Shown piece after piece: positions 21,317-30,957 of a DNA stretch of 64,000 bases (its first letter is position 1; each line of letters starts with the position of its first letter). The stretch lies in NCBI RefSeq assembly GCF_035348955.1, contig NZ_DAOPRM010000002.1, one strand, 5' to 3'. Both the position numbers and the translations under genes were made by a program. This stretch comes from Ottowia sp. GTDB taxonomy: Bacteria > Pseudomonadota > Gammaproteobacteria > Burkholderiales > Burkholderiaceae_C. The notes under the pieces are model-generated. The model ran no database searches and had not been told where the DNA came from. It saw only the letters and a program-made list of their open reading frames with translations.

Positions 21317-21738
21317 TGCCCGCCGACCTGCCCGCGCCGCCCTACGTTCCCGCCCACCTTGGCAGTTTTCTGGCTTTCGATTTCGGGCTCAAGCGCACCG
21401 GCGTCGCCGTCGGCAACCGGCTGACCCGCACCGCCACGCCGCAGCCCACCATCCGCGCTGAGGGCGACGCGCGCTGGGCGCCCATCGAAAGTCGCCTGGC
21501 CGAATGGCAGCCCGACGCGTTGGTGGTCGGCGTGCCGCTGCATCCCGACGGCGCCGCGCACGAGAACACGGCGCGCGCGCGCAAGTTCGCGCGGCAATTG
21601 CGCGGTCGCTTCGGCCTGCCGGTGTATGAAGTGGACGAGCGCTACAGCACGACAGAGGCGCACGCCGCCGGCGCGCGCGATGCCGACGCCGCCGCGGCCG
21701 CCATCATTCTTGAGCAGTTTTTGAGGAGTCTTCCATGA
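21316..21738 (+). CDS. ruvX: Holliday-junction resolvase-like protein RuvX/YqgF
   Basis: LAFDFGLKRTGVAVG, VVGVP, VDERYSTTEA, DAAAAAIILEQF. Confidence 0.92.
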   Translation: MPADLPAPPYVPAHLGSFLAFDFGLKRTGVAVGNRLTRTATPQPTIRAEGDARWAPIESRLAEWQPDALVVGVPLHPDGAAHENTARARKFARQLRGRFGLPVYEVDERYSTTEAHAAGARDADAAAAAIILEQFLRSLP

Positions 21739-22250
21739 GTTCCACCCACGGCAGCGCGCTGGCGCTGGATGCCGAGGCGCTGTATGCCGAACTGCTGCGC
21801 GCGGTGCGCCCGGCGCTGACGGCCGACACGCGGCTGGTCGGCATCGTCACGGGCGGCCAGTGGCTGGCCCAGCGCATGCAGCGCGACCTGGGCCTGCCGG
21901 GCGAGGCCGGCGCGATCTCGTCGGCCATGCACCGCGACGACTATGCCAAGCGCGGCCTGGCGGCCAGCGGCCAGACCGCGCTGCCCTTCGAGATCGACGG
22001 CGCCGACATCCTGCTGCTCGACGACGTGCTCTACACCGGGCGCACCATCCGCGCCGTGGTCAACGAGCTGTTCGACTACGGGCGCCCCGCGCGCGTGCGG
22101 CTGGCGGTGCTGGTCGACCGTGGCGGGCGCCAGTTGCCGGTGGCGGCCGAGCTGGCCGCCGCGCGCCTGACGTTGCCCGCCACGCAGTCGTTGCGGCTGG
22201 CGCGCGGTGACGGCGGAGCGTTCAGCTTCAGCATCACCGAGAAGGAATGA
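21735..22250 (+). CDS. pyrR: PyrR-like regulator / uracil phosphoribosyltransferase
   Basis: [32 protein letters not shown]. Confidence 0.92.
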   Translation: MSSTHGSALALDAEALYAELLRAVRPALTADTRLVGIVTGGQWLAQRMQRDLGLPGEAGAISSAMHRDDYAKRGLAASGQTALPFEIDGADILLLDDVLYTGRTIRAVVNELFDYGRPARVRLAVLVDRGGRQLPVAAELAAARLTLPATQSLRLARGDGGAFSFSITEKE

Positions 22251-23218
22251 CGCCCATGCTGGCCCGACGCAACCCGCAACTCAACCCGCACGGCGAACTG
22301 ATCCACCTGCTGTCCACCGAGGGGCTGCCGCGCGACATCCTCACGCACATTCTCGACACCGCCGCGCAGTTCGTCGGCGTGAGCGAGCGCGAAGTCAAGA
22401 AGGTGCCGCTGCTGCGCGGCAAGAGCGTGTTCAACCTGTTCTTCGAGAATTCCACGCGCACCCGCACCACCTTCGACATTGCCGCCACGCGCCTGTCGGC
22501 CGACGTCTACACGCTCGACATTGCGCGCTCGTCCACCGCCAAGGGCGAATCGCTGCTGGACACGGTGGCCAACCTGTCCGCCATGGCGGCCGACATCTTC
22601 GTCGTGCGCCATTCCGAAAGCGGCGCGCCCTATCTGCTGTCGCAGCACGTGGCGCCGCACGTGCACGTCGTCAACGCGGGCGACGGTCGCCACGCGCACC
22701 CCACGCAGGGGTTGCTCGACATGTACACCATCCGCCACTACAAGAAGGACTTCAGCAACCTGGTGGTGGCCATCGTGGGCGACGTGCTGCATTCGCGCGT
22801 GGCGCGCAGCGATATCCACGCGCTGACCACGCTGGGCGCGGCCGAAGTGCGCGTGGTCGGCCCGCGCACACTGGTGCCAGGCGACTTTGGCCCCATGGGC
22901 GTGCGCGTGTGCCATACGCTCGAAGAAGGCATCCGCGACGCCGACGTCGTGATCATGCTGCGCCTGCAGAACGAGCGCATGAGCGGCGCGCTGCTGCCGT
23001 CCAGCCAGGAGTTCTTCCAGAGCTTCGGCCTCACGCCCGAGCGCCTGCGCTGGGCCAAGCCAGACGCCATCGTGATGCACCCGGGGCCGATCAACCGCGG
23101 CGTCGAGATCGATTCGCAGGTCGTCGACGGCCGGCAAAGCGTGATCCTGCCGCAGGTGACCTTCGGCATCGCCGTGCGCATGGCGGTGCTGAGCATCGTG
23201 GCGGGCAACGAGGCCTGA
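22247..23218 (+). CDS. pyrB: Aspartate carbamoyltransferase catalytic subunit
   Basis: [40 protein letters not shown]. Confidence 0.96.
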   Translation: MTPMLARRNPQLNPHGELIHLLSTEGLPRDILTHILDTAAQFVGVSEREVKKVPLLRGKSVFNLFFENSTRTRTTFDIAATRLSADVYTLDIARSSTAKGESLLDTVANLSAMAADIFVVRHSESGAPYLLSQHVAPHVHVVNAGDGRHAHPTQGLLDMYTIRHYKKDFSNLVVAIVGDVLHSRVARSDIHALTTLGAAEVRVVGPRTLVPGDFGPMGVRVCHTLEEGIRDADVVIMLRLQNERMSGALLPSSQEFFQSFGLTPERLRWAKPDAIVMHPGPINRGVEIDSQVVDGRQSVILPQVTFGIAVRMAVLSIVAGNEA

Positions 23219-23228
23219 GGCGCGGTTG

Positions 23229-23499
23229 AACAGCCATGAACAGCCGGACGCAGAGCAAGCGCAGGTTGCGCACAGGACGCAGAGGCGTCTTTTGGCGTTG
23301 CCACCGCCCAGCCTCCCGCTCCGTCATTCCCGCGGAGGCGGGAATCCACTCATCGTCGTGCCGGGCGCGGTGGTCGACCGAGACATGGATTCCCCCTTTC
23401 GCGGGAACGACGAAGCCGCAGAGCGCGTCAGTTCAGAGCTGGATCAGCCAACATCTTCTGCGACCTTTGCGACCCCTTCGCGCCCTTTGCGTTCAAGAA
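23229..23499. repeat. Family C inverted element (acagccggacgca... / ...tgcgttc) enclosing a dRS3-like inverted pair
   Basis: Left arm resembles 26884-26930; right arm 23455-23499 is an imperfect reverse complement. Confidence 0.6.
23322..23412. repeat. Inverted pair of ATTCCC-N8-GGGAA(T) palindromes (dRS3-like)
   Basis: cgtcattcccgcggaggcgggaatcca ... tggattccccctttcgcgggaacgacg. Confidence 0.75.
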
Positions 23500-23501
23500 T
23501 T

Positions 23502-23562
23502 GCTCCCAAAACCAGAGCTGCCAGCCCTTGCGGGGCAAGCGCCAAAGCCTGATTTGATTGAT
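23502..23562 (+). repeat. Family B motif copy
   Basis: gctcccaaaaccagagc-tgcca-gccc-ttgcggggcaa-gcgc-caaagcctgatttgattga. Confidence 0.75.
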
Positions 23563-23567
23563 TCACC

Positions 23568-24878
23568 ATGAAAATCCTGATCCAGCACGGCCGCGTGATC
23601 GACCCCGCCAGCGGGCGCGACGAAGTGGCCGACGTGGCGGTCGCCGCCGGCCGCATTCTCGGCATCGGCCAATTGCCGGCCGACTTCAAGCCCACGCGCA
23701 CCATCGACGCGCGGGGCTGTTGGGTGCTGCCCGGCCTGGTCGACCTGGCGGCGCGCTTGCGCGAGCCGGGGCACGAACACGCCCGCATGCTCGAAAGCGA
23801 AATGGCGGCGGCCGTCGCCGGCGGCGTGACCAGTCTGGTTTGCCCGCCCGACACCGACCCGGTGCTGGATGAGCCGGGCCTGGTCGAAATGCTGAAGACT
23901 CGGGCCGAGCGCCTGCACCAGGCGCGCGTGTTTCCGCAAGGCGCGCTCACCCGCGGCCTGAAGGGCGAGGTGCTGACCGAGATGGGTCAACTGACCGACG
24001 CCGGCTGCGTGGCCTTCGGCCAGGCCGAGTCGCCCATCGTCAACACGCAGGTGCTGCAACGCGCGCTGCAGTACGCCGCCACCTTTGGCTACGCCGTGTG
24101 GCTGCGCCCCATCGACCCCTGGCTGGGCACCGGTGTGGCCGCCAGCGGGCCGCTGGCCATGCGCATGGGGCTGTCGGGCGTGCCGGCGGCGGCCGAAACA
24201 ATTGCGCTGCACACCGTGATCGAACTGCTGCGCGCCATGGGCGGCGGCGCCACCCGCGCGCGCGTCCACCTGTGCCGGCTGTCCAGCGCGGCGGGGGTGG
24301 CGCTGCTGCGCCAGGCCAAGGCCGACGGTCTGCCGGTGACGGCCGATGTCAGCATCAACTCGCTGCACCTGATCGACCACGACATCGGCCACTTCGACAG
24401 CAGTGCGCGCCTGAACCCGCCCTTGCGCCAGCAGCGCGACCGCGACGCGCTGGCCGAGGCGCTGGCCGACGGCACCCTCGACGCGCTGGTGTCCGACCAC
24501 ACGCCGGTCGACGCCGACGCCAAGCAGCTGCCCTTTGCCGAGGCCGAGCCCGGCGCCAGCGGCTTGGAGCTGCTGCTGCCGCTGGCACTGAAATGGGGCC
24601 TGGGCGCCCACGGCCCCGGCCTGCAGCGCGCGCTGGCCAGCGTGACCAGCGCGCCGGCGCGCGTGCTGGGCGGCGCGCTGGGCACCCTGGCCGCCAGCTG
24701 CGGACGGCTGGTCGAAGGCGGCGTGGCCGACCTGTGCGTGTTCGACCCCGAAGCGCGCTGGATCGTCACGCCCGCCGCGCTGCGCAGCCAGGGCAAGCAC
24801 ACGCCCTTCGCCGGCCACGAATTGACGGGCCGCGTGCGTTGCACACTGGCGGGCGGGCACCTGGCGCACGGCGAGTGA
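23568..24878 (+). CDS. Dihydroorotase-like protein, probably non-catalytic PyrC' subunit of ATCase
   Basis: PGLVDLAARLREPG (metal-binding HxH replaced), NPPLR, SDHTP; follows pyrB. Confidence 0.85.
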   Translation: MKILIQHGRVIDPASGRDEVADVAVAAGRILGIGQLPADFKPTRTIDARGCWVLPGLVDLAARLREPGHEHARMLESEMAAAVAGGVTSLVCPPDTDPVLDEPGLVEMLKTRAERLHQARVFPQGALTRGLKGEVLTEMGQLTDAGCVAFGQAESPIVNTQVLQRALQYAATFGYAVWLRPIDPWLGTGVAASGPLAMRMGLSGVPAAAETIALHTVIELLRAMGGGATRARVHLCRLSSAAGVALLRQAKADGLPVTADVSINSLHLIDHDIGHFDSSARLNPPLRQQRDRDALAEALADGTLDALVSDHTPVDADAKQLPFAEAEPGASGLELLLPLALKWGLGAHGPGLQRALASVTSAPARVLGGALGTLAASCGRLVEGGVADLCVFDPEARWIVTPAALRSQGKHTPFAGHELTGRVRCTLAGGHLAHGE

Positions 24879-25618
24879 AGGCGTTCACCGCGCTCTGGCT
24901 GCTGCTGCGCGGCGGCGCGCACATCGCGCGCGGCTGGTGGACCATTCGCACGCGCTTCGCATTGCTATCGCAAGCAGAGCGCGAAGGCGAGATACAACGC
25001 TGGGCGCGCCAGTTTCTGCGCCTATGGCGCATTGATCTGCAGGTCAACGGCCAGGCGCCGGCGCGCGGGCCTTTGCTGCTGGTGGCCAACCACATTTCGT
25101 GGCTCGACATTCTGGTGCTGCACGCGGCGGGCTTCTGCCGTTTCGTGTCCAAGGCCGATGTGCAGCGCTGGCCCGTCATCGGCATGATGGCGACCAGCGC
25201 GGGCACGCTGTACATCGCGCGCGATTCGCGCCGCGACGCGCTGCGCGTGGTGCACCACATGCGCGACGCATTGGCGCGCGGCGAGGTGGTGGCGGTGTTT
25301 CCCGAAGGCACCACCAGCGACGGCCTGACGCTGCTGCCGTTTCACGCCAACCTGATCCAGGCGGCCATCTCGGCGCCGTCGCCCGTGATGCCGGTGGCGC
25401 TGCAGTTCATCGACCGGCGCGACGGCCGCATGAGCACGGCGCCCATGTACATCGGCGAGCAGACGCTGCTTGAATCGGTGTGGCGCACACTGACCACGCC
25501 CGGCCTGCGCGCCGTCGTCACCTATGGCGCGCCGCAATCGCCCGAGGGGCGTGAGCGGCGCGAATGGGCGGCGGCGTTGCGGGATGCGGTGGGCGCGCTG
25601 CGGTCGGCGCGGCCGTAG
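24875..25618 (+). CDS. Lysophospholipid acyltransferase (PlsC-like)
   Basis: NHISWLD (HX4D), FVSK, FPEGTT; GTGA overlap with upstream stop. Confidence 0.88.
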   Translation: MKAFTALWLLLRGGAHIARGWWTIRTRFALLSQAEREGEIQRWARQFLRLWRIDLQVNGQAPARGPLLLVANHISWLDILVLHAAGFCRFVSKADVQRWPVIGMMATSAGTLYIARDSRRDALRVVHHMRDALARGEVVAVFPEGTTSDGLTLLPFHANLIQAAISAPSPVMPVALQFIDRRDGRMSTAPMYIGEQTLLESVWRTLTTPGLRAVVTYGAPQSPEGRERREWAAALRDAVGALRSARP

Positions 25619-25642
25619 GGCGGGCACAATTGCCCGCCCTAC
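25615..25642. repeat. Perfect GTAG-flanked palindrome between convergent genes (REP-like or terminator)
   Basis: GTAGGGCGGGCA-caat-TGCCCGCCCTAC, 12-bp perfect stem. Confidence 0.6.
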
Positions 25643-25645
25643 ATT

Positions 25646-25709
25646 GCTCATGTTTTGATAGTGGCTGACGCGCGATCCATGAGCGACGCCAGCGAAATGG
25701 GCTTGAAAC
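25646..25709 (+). repeat. Family B motif copy (degenerate)
   Basis: gctcatgttttgatagt-ggctg-acgc-gcgatccatga-gcga..gggcttgaaa. Confidence 0.6.
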
Positions 25710-25748
25710 CCCGGCAGGCCTCGTGCAGGCAGCCCTGCGTCTTCGCCG

Positions 25749-26819
25749 TCAGGCCGCCTGCGGCGGAAACGTCACCACGTGGTGTACCGCCGGCACGATG
25801 CCGATGCGCTCGCCGACCTTGTGCTGGTGGTGGCTGGGCACGTAGGTCATCACGGTCTCGCCGCTGTCAAGCTGCAGCGTGTACAGGAACTCCGAGCCGC
25901 GAAACGCCTTGCGCACGATCCTGGCGGTGACCGGCGCGTCGTCGTCGTGCAGGATGTCGTCGGCGCGCAGCAGCAGGTCGCAGTGGCCGTCGGGGTAGGC
26001 GGAGGGCAGGGGGCAGTCGGTCAGGTTGCGCAGCGTGCCCAGCGGCGTGTCCACCTTGGCGCCGCGCTCGGTGGCGACGATGCGCGCCGGCACGAACACG
26101 CCGTGCCCGATGAAGTCCGCCACAAAGCGCGTGGCCGGCCGGTGGTACAGCGAATACGCGTCGTCCCACTGGTGCAGGTGACCGTCGTGCATCACGCCGA
26201 TCTGGTCGCCGATGGCAAAGGCTTCCAGCTGATCGTGCGTGACGAACAGCGCGGTGGCGCCGGCGGCTTTCAGGATCAGGCGCAGTTCGTGCGCCAGCCG
26301 CTCGCGCAGATCGACGTCGAGGTTGGAAAACGGCTCGTCCAGCAGCAGCAGGCGCGGCGCCGGTGCCATGGCGCGGGCCAGCGCCACGCGCTGCTGCTGG
26401 CCGCCCGACAGCTCATGCGGAAAGCGCTGCTCGCTGCCGGCCAGGTCGACCAGGGCCAGCACTTCGGCCACGCGCCGCGCGCGCTCGGCGGCGGCCAGGT
26501 GCTTCAGCCCGAACGCCACGTTGCGGCCCACGTCCAGGTGCGGAAACAGGGCGTAGTCCTGAAACACCATGCCGATGCGGCGCGCCTCGGGGGGCACGTG
26601 CTGGTGCGCGCTGCTGACGCGCTCGCCACCCAGGCGGATTTCGCCACCGCTGACACGCTCCAGCCCGGCGACGGCGCGCAGCAGCGTGGTCTTGCCGCAG
26701 CCCGACGGGCCGATCAGCACGCCAATGTCGCCCGCGCGCAGGCCCAGCGACACGCCATGCACGGCGGGGTGTCCTTGGCCGGGGTAGCGCACATCGACCT
26801 GATCGATCTTCAGGAACAT
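25749..26819 (-). CDS. Fe3+ ABC transporter ATP-binding protein (FbpC-like)
   Basis: GPSGCGKTT, VFQDYALFPHL, LSGGQQQRVALARA, LLLDEPFSNLD. Confidence 0.85.
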   Translation of the reverse strand: MFLKIDQVDVRYPGQGHPAVHGVSLGLRAGDIGVLIGPSGCGKTTLLRAVAGLERVSGGEIRLGGERVSSAHQHVPPEARRIGMVFQDYALFPHLDVGRNVAFGLKHLAAAERARRVAEVLALVDLAGSEQRFPHELSGGQQQRVALARAMAPAPRLLLLDEPFSNLDVDLRERLAHELRLILKAAGATALFVTHDQLEAFAIGDQIGVMHDGHLHQWDDAYSLYHRPATRFVADFIGHGVFVPARIVATERGAKVDTPLGTLRNLTDCPLPSAYPDGHCDLLLRADDILHDDDAPVTARIVRKAFRGSEFLYTLQLDSGETVMTYVPSHHQHKVGERIGIVPAVHHVVTFPPQAA

Positions 26820-26832
26820 GGGTGGGATTGTA

Positions 26833-26851
26833 GATGCGTACAATTCTCATT
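26833..26851 (-). promoter_or_regulatory. Probable Fur box adjoining a TACAAT -10 element of the ATPase gene
   Basis: Minus strand AATGAGAATTGTACGCATC directly followed by TACAAT (26827-26832). Confidence 0.65.
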
Positions 26852-26883
26852 TGCGCGGGCGGCGGCGGGGCGGTCGGGCGGCA

Positions 26884-26991
26884 AACAGCCGGACGCAAAG
26901 GGCGCGACGGGTTCGTGAAGGACGCGAAGAAGATTCAATGGGCTTTCTTCTGCTTCCTCCGCATGATTTGCACGGTGTCCGCTCCGGCTGT
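26884..26991. repeat. Family C element
   Basis: aacagccggacgcaaagggcgcg..gaaggacgcgaag ... ccggctgt terminal inverted ends; similar to 23229. Confidence 0.6.
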
Positions 26992-27002
26992 CCTGACGGT
27001 TT

Positions 27003-27064
27003 TTTTGAATAAAAACCTTGCCAGCGCTTGCTTATAAAGCGCGGATAGCTATCATTTTCATAAC
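27003..27064 (-). repeat. Family B motif copy
   Basis: rc: gttatgaaaatgatagc-tatcc-gcgc-tttataagcaa-gcgc-tggcaaggtttttattcaaaa. Confidence 0.8.
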
Positions 27065-27083
27065 AACATCCATTCCATCCACC

Positions 27084-28715
27084 GTGCGCGCCCTTCCCAC
27101 CGCGTTGCTGCTGCTCGTGACCTGCGTGCTGGCGCTGCCCGTGCTGGCGCTGGTCGGCTCTTGGGCGCAGTGGGACGCGCAAACCGCCGGCATCCTGCGC
27201 GAGATGTCGGCCACGGTGCTGCCCGACTACCTGTGGGTCACGCTGCAGCTGGTGGTGATGGTCGGCCTTGGCGTGGTGGCCATGGGCGTGCCGGCGGCGG
27301 TGCTGGTGACGGTGTTCGACTTTCGCGGCCGGCGCGCCTTTGAATGGCTGCTGCTGCTGCCGTTGGCCATGCCGGCCTACGTCACGGCGTACGCGTACAC
27401 CGACTTCCTGCAGTATTCCGGCCCGCTGCAAAGCTGGCTGCGCGCGACCTTCGGGCTGGAAGGCCGCCTGCTGCCCGACGTGCGCAGCGTGTGGGGCGCG
27501 GCATGGGTGTTTTCGTTTTCGCTGTACCCGTACGTTTATCTGCTGGCGCGCACGGCGCTGGCCGAACGGGCGCCGCAGTTGATGGAGGCCGCGCGCCTGC
27601 TGGGCGCGCCCCTGTCGCGCCGCCTGCGCGAAGTGGCGCTGCCCATGGCACGGCCGGCGGTGGCCGCCGGCACGGCGCTGGCGCTGATGGAGGTGCTGGC
27701 CGACTACGGCGTGTCGGTCTACTTCGGCATCCAGACCTTCACCGCCGGCATCTACAAGGCCTGGCTGTCAATGGACAACCGCATCGCCGCCGCGCAACTG
27801 GCCACCGTGCTGCTGGTGCTGGTGATGGGCCTGCTGTGGCTGGAGCAGCGCGCCCAGCGCCGCCTGCGCTTTGCCAGCAGCGCCACGGCGCGCGCCAGTT
27901 CGGGCGAAGCGCGGCCGATCACGCTGCGCGGCGCGCGCGGCGCACTGGCCTGGGTGCTGTGCCTGCTGCCGGTGCTGATGGGTTTTGCGCTGCCCGTGGC
28001 CTTCATGCTGCGGCCGCTGTCGGCCGACTGGTCGGTGCTGCCGTGGGACCGCTTTCTGGTCTGGACCTGGAACAGCGTGCGCCTGGGCGCCAGCACCGCC
28101 GTGCTGGCGGTGCTGGCGGCCTGGTTCCTGGCCTACAGCCTGCGCCGCGCGCCCACGCTGCTGCGGCGCGGGGCGGTGCAGGTGGTGTCGCTCGGCTACG
28201 CGGTGCCGGGGGCGGTCATCGTCGTCGGCCTGCTGCTGCCGGTGGGCTGGCTGCAGGTGCGCTGGCCCGACAGCGGCGTCGGCGCGCTGGTCACGGTGAC
28301 GGTGTCGGGGCTGATCTGGGCCTATCTGGTGCGGTTTGTCTCGGTCGCCCTGCAGTCGATGCAGAGCGGCTACGCGCGGCTACCGCGCAGCCTGGACGAA
28401 TCGGCCCGCATGCTGGGTGCCACCGGGGTCGGGTTGGCGGCGCGCGTGCACTGGCCGCTGCTGCGCCGCGCGGCCTTCGCGGCCGGGCTGCTGGTGTTCG
28501 TCGACGTGATGAAGGAGCTGCCCGCCACCATCGTGCTGCGCCCGTTCAACACCGACACGCTGGCCGTGGTGGCCAACCAGCTGGCGCGCGACGAGCGGCT
28601 GGGCGAGGCGGCGCTGCCCTCGCTGGCGCTGGTGCTGGTGGGGCTGGTGCCGGTGGTGCTGCTCAGCCGCACGCTGCGCTCCGAGCGCCGGTCGGTCGAC
28701 GCCGAATTGCTATAG
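27084..28715 (+). CDS. Fe3+ ABC transporter permease (FbpB-like, duplicated)
   Basis: LPLAMPAYV.AYAY, LYPYVYLLAR, EAARLLG, DVMKELPAT..LRPFN; GTG start assumed. Confidence 0.88.
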   Translation: MRALPTALLLLVTCVLALPVLALVGSWAQWDAQTAGILREMSATVLPDYLWVTLQLVVMVGLGVVAMGVPAAVLVTVFDFRGRRAFEWLLLLPLAMPAYVTAYAYTDFLQYSGPLQSWLRATFGLEGRLLPDVRSVWGAAWVFSFSLYPYVYLLARTALAERAPQLMEAARLLGAPLSRRLREVALPMARPAVAAGTALALMEVLADYGVSVYFGIQTFTAGIYKAWLSMDNRIAAAQLATVLLVLVMGLLWLEQRAQRRLRFASSATARASSGEARPITLRGARGALAWVLCLLPVLMGFALPVAFMLRPLSADWSVLPWDRFLVWTWNSVRLGASTAVLAVLAAWFLAYSLRRAPTLLRRGAVQVVSLGYAVPGAVIVVGLLLPVGWLQVRWPDSGVGALVTVTVSGLIWAYLVRFVSVALQSMQSGYARLPRSLDESARMLGATGVGLAARVHWPLLRRAAFAAGLLVFVDVMKELPATIVLRPFNTDTLAVVANQLARDERLGEAALPSLALVLVGLVPVVLLSRTLRSERRSVDAELL

Positions 28716-28742
28716 TCACGTGACCCTCTGCCTTGCAGGGAC

Positions 28743-29090
28743 ATGCAGAAAAAAAGCGCCGCCTCCACCATGCCCGACAACGAACTCGAATCCGACGAAG
28801 TGTTTGAGTTGGCGGCCGAGGTGTTTCGCGTCATGTCGGCGCCCATGCGGCTGAAGATCATCAGCGCGCTGTGCAACGGCGAAAAGAACGTGGGCGAATT
28901 GCTGACCGAGATCCACACCACGCAGCCCAACATGAGCCAGCACCTCAACACGCTGTACAAGGCCGGCGTGCTGGGGCGGCGGCGCGAGGGCGTGCAGATC
29001 TACTACCGCATCATCAACGACCGCGTGGTGACGCTGTGCCGCGCGGTCTGCACGCAGATCGCAATCGAGTCGGTGGGCGAGCCGCGCTGA
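28743..29090 (+). CDS. ArsR/SmtB family regulator, probable SoxR/BigR-like sulfur sensor
   Basis: RLKIISALC.GEKNVGEL, QPNMSQHL, RREG.QIYY; three Cys; heads the sox cluster. Confidence 0.8.
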   Translation: MQKKSAASTMPDNELESDEVFELAAEVFRVMSAPMRLKIISALCNGEKNVGELLTEIHTTQPNMSQHLNTLYKAGVLGRRREGVQIYYRIINDRVVTLCRAVCTQIAIESVGEPR

Positions 29091-29190
29091 CGCGCCGCGC
29101 CACGTGGCGGTGTCGCGGGCGACGGACCCGCACTTGTCGGGGTTAGTCCCGAGATGCGCCTGTCGTGCGCACGCCTATGATTCCTTAAAT

Positions 29191-29206
29191 ATAAGTCGCG
29201 GCGAAT
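29191..29206 (+). promoter_or_regulatory. Putative sox-regulon operator
   Basis: ATAAGTCGCGGCGAAT, similar to sites at 33848, 35859, 38489. Confidence 0.5.
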
Positions 29207-29245
29207 TTTTACGCCGCCGTGCAACCACCGAGGAAGGTCATCACC

Positions 29246-29557
29246 ATGAAATCCCGCATTCTTTCCGGGCTGGGCGCGCTGGCGCTGGGCATGGCGGCCA
29301 GCGCCGCGCACGCGCAGGTCGATCCGATGCAGGTACGCAGCTGGGCCGCGGCCTGCGCCAACTGCCATGGCACCGCTGGGCGCGCCATGCCTGGCAACGA
29401 GCCGCTGGCCGGCCAGAGCAAGGACGAGATGATGAAGAAGCTGATGGACTTCAAGAGCGGCGCCAAGCCCGCGACCATCATGCACCAGCTCAGCAAGGGC
29501 TATACCGACGAGCAGCTGGCCGCCATCGTGGCCTGGTTTGCCGCGCAGAAGAAATAA
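29246..29557 (+). CDS. Monoheme cytochrome c, flavocytochrome c cytochrome subunit (FccA-like)
   Basis: Signal peptide, CANCHGT, TIMHQLSKGYTD. Confidence 0.85.
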   Translation: MKSRILSGLGALALGMAASAAHAQVDPMQVRSWAAACANCHGTAGRAMPGNEPLAGQSKDEMMKKLMDFKSGAKPATIMHQLSKGYTDEQLAAIVAWFAAQKK

Positions 29558-29567
29558 GGAGGCCACC

Positions 29568-30851
29568 ATGGATCGTCGTCAATTCATCCAGGCGGGCTCG
29601 GCCGCCTCGGCCGCTTCGGTGCTGGGGCTGTCGGCCGGCTGTGCGTCCACCGCCGGCGGCGCGGGCGGCAACGTGGTCGTCGTCGGTGGCGGCTACGGCG
29701 GCGCCACGGCCGCCAAGTACATCCGCCTGTGGTCCGAGGGGCGCGTCAACGTCACGCTGGTCGAGCCCAATGACGCCTTCATCTCCTGCCCCATCTCCAA
29801 CCTGGTCATCGGCGGCAGCAAGCAGATGGCCGACATCACCACGCCCTACGACAACCTGGCCAGGCGCCACGGCGTGAAGATCGTCAAGGACCGCGCGGTC
29901 GCCATCGACGCCGACAAGCGCCAGGTGCGCCTGGCGGGTGGGCAGACGCTCAGTTACGACCGGCTGGTGCTGTCGCCCGGCATCGAATTCATGTGGGAAG
30001 CGCTGCCCGGCATGAAGGCGCCCGGCGCGCAGGACAAGGTGCTGCATTCGTGGAAGGCCGGCCCGCAGACCGTGGCGCTGCGCAAGCAGCTTGAAGCCAT
30101 GCCCGATGGCGGCGTGTACGCGCTCAGCATTCCGCTGGCGCCGTACCGTTGCCCGCCCGGCCCGTACGAGCGCGCCTGCCAGGTGGCGCACTACTTCAGC
30201 CAGGCCAAGCCCAAGTCCAAGGTGCTGATCCTGGACGCCAACGACGACGTCACCTCCAAGGGGCCGCTGTTCAAGAAGGCCTGGGCCGACCGCTACAAGG
30301 GCATCATCGACTACCGCCCCAAGCACAACCTGACCGACGTCGACGCCGCCACCGGCACGCTCAAGTTCGAGTTCAACGACGACGTCAAGGCGCAGGTGCT
30401 CAACGTGCTGCCGCCCCAGCGCGCGGGCGACATCGCCCACCACGCGGGCCTGACCACCGCCAACAAGCGCTGGTGCGAAGTCGACTGGCAGACCATGGAA
30501 TCCAAGGCCGCCAGGAACATCCACATCCTGGGCGACGCGCTGCAGGTGGCGCCTTTGATGCCCAAGTCGGGCCACATGGCCAACCAGCACGGCAAGGTGG
30601 CGGCCGCCGCCATCGTCGCGCTGCTGTCGGGTCGCCAGCCCAACGCCCTGCCGATCTACAACAACACCTGCTACAGCTTCGTCAGTGACACCGACGTGGT
30701 GCACGTGGCCAGCGTGCACCGCTACGACGCCGCGCAGAAGACGATGCTGACGGTGCCCGGCTCGGGCGGCGTGTCGGTGGCCGCCAGCGAGCTGGAAGGC
30801 AAGTACGCCATGGCCTGGGCGCGCAACATCTGGGCCGATACCTTGGCCTGA
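29568..30851 (+). CDS. fccB: Flavocytochrome c sulfide dehydrogenase flavoprotein (FccB/SoxF)
   Basis: Tat RRQFI, VVVVGGGYGGATAAKY, SCPISN, YRCPPGPYERA, NTCYSF. Confidence 0.92.
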   Translation: MDRRQFIQAGSAASAASVLGLSAGCASTAGGAGGNVVVVGGGYGGATAAKYIRLWSEGRVNVTLVEPNDAFISCPISNLVIGGSKQMADITTPYDNLARRHGVKIVKDRAVAIDADKRQVRLAGGQTLSYDRLVLSPGIEFMWEALPGMKAPGAQDKVLHSWKAGPQTVALRKQLEAMPDGGVYALSIPLAPYRCPPGPYERACQVAHYFSQAKPKSKVLILDANDDVTSKGPLFKKAWADRYKGIIDYRPKHNLTDVDAATGTLKFEFNDDVKAQVLNVLPPQRAGDIAHHAGLTTANKRWCEVDWQTMESKAARNIHILGDALQVAPLMPKSGHMANQHGKVAAAAIVALLSGRQPNALPIYNNTCYSFVSDTDVVHVASVHRYDAAQKTMLTVPGSGGVSVAASELEGKYAMAWARNIWADTLA

Positions 30852-30852
30852 C

Positions 30853-30945
30853 CCGCAGGCTCCACTGCTTCGCATGTTCCGCCACCCCCCTTTCAGGGGG
30901 CAATGCCAGCGGCCGGGCCAAGCCCGCTCCGCGGCAGCCCTGGAG
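30853..30945 (+). repeat. Degenerate family A repeat after fccB stop
   Basis: ccccc..ggggg-caatgccagcggccgggccaagcccgctccgcggca, similar to 38986 copy. Confidence 0.6.
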
Positions 30946-30957
30946 GGGTTTGGGGTG

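Noticed and set aside
24963-24979. gctatcgcaagcagagc (GCT-N11-AGC) inside the acyltransferase gene
   Set aside because: Lacks the GCGC-N11-GCGC module on either side.
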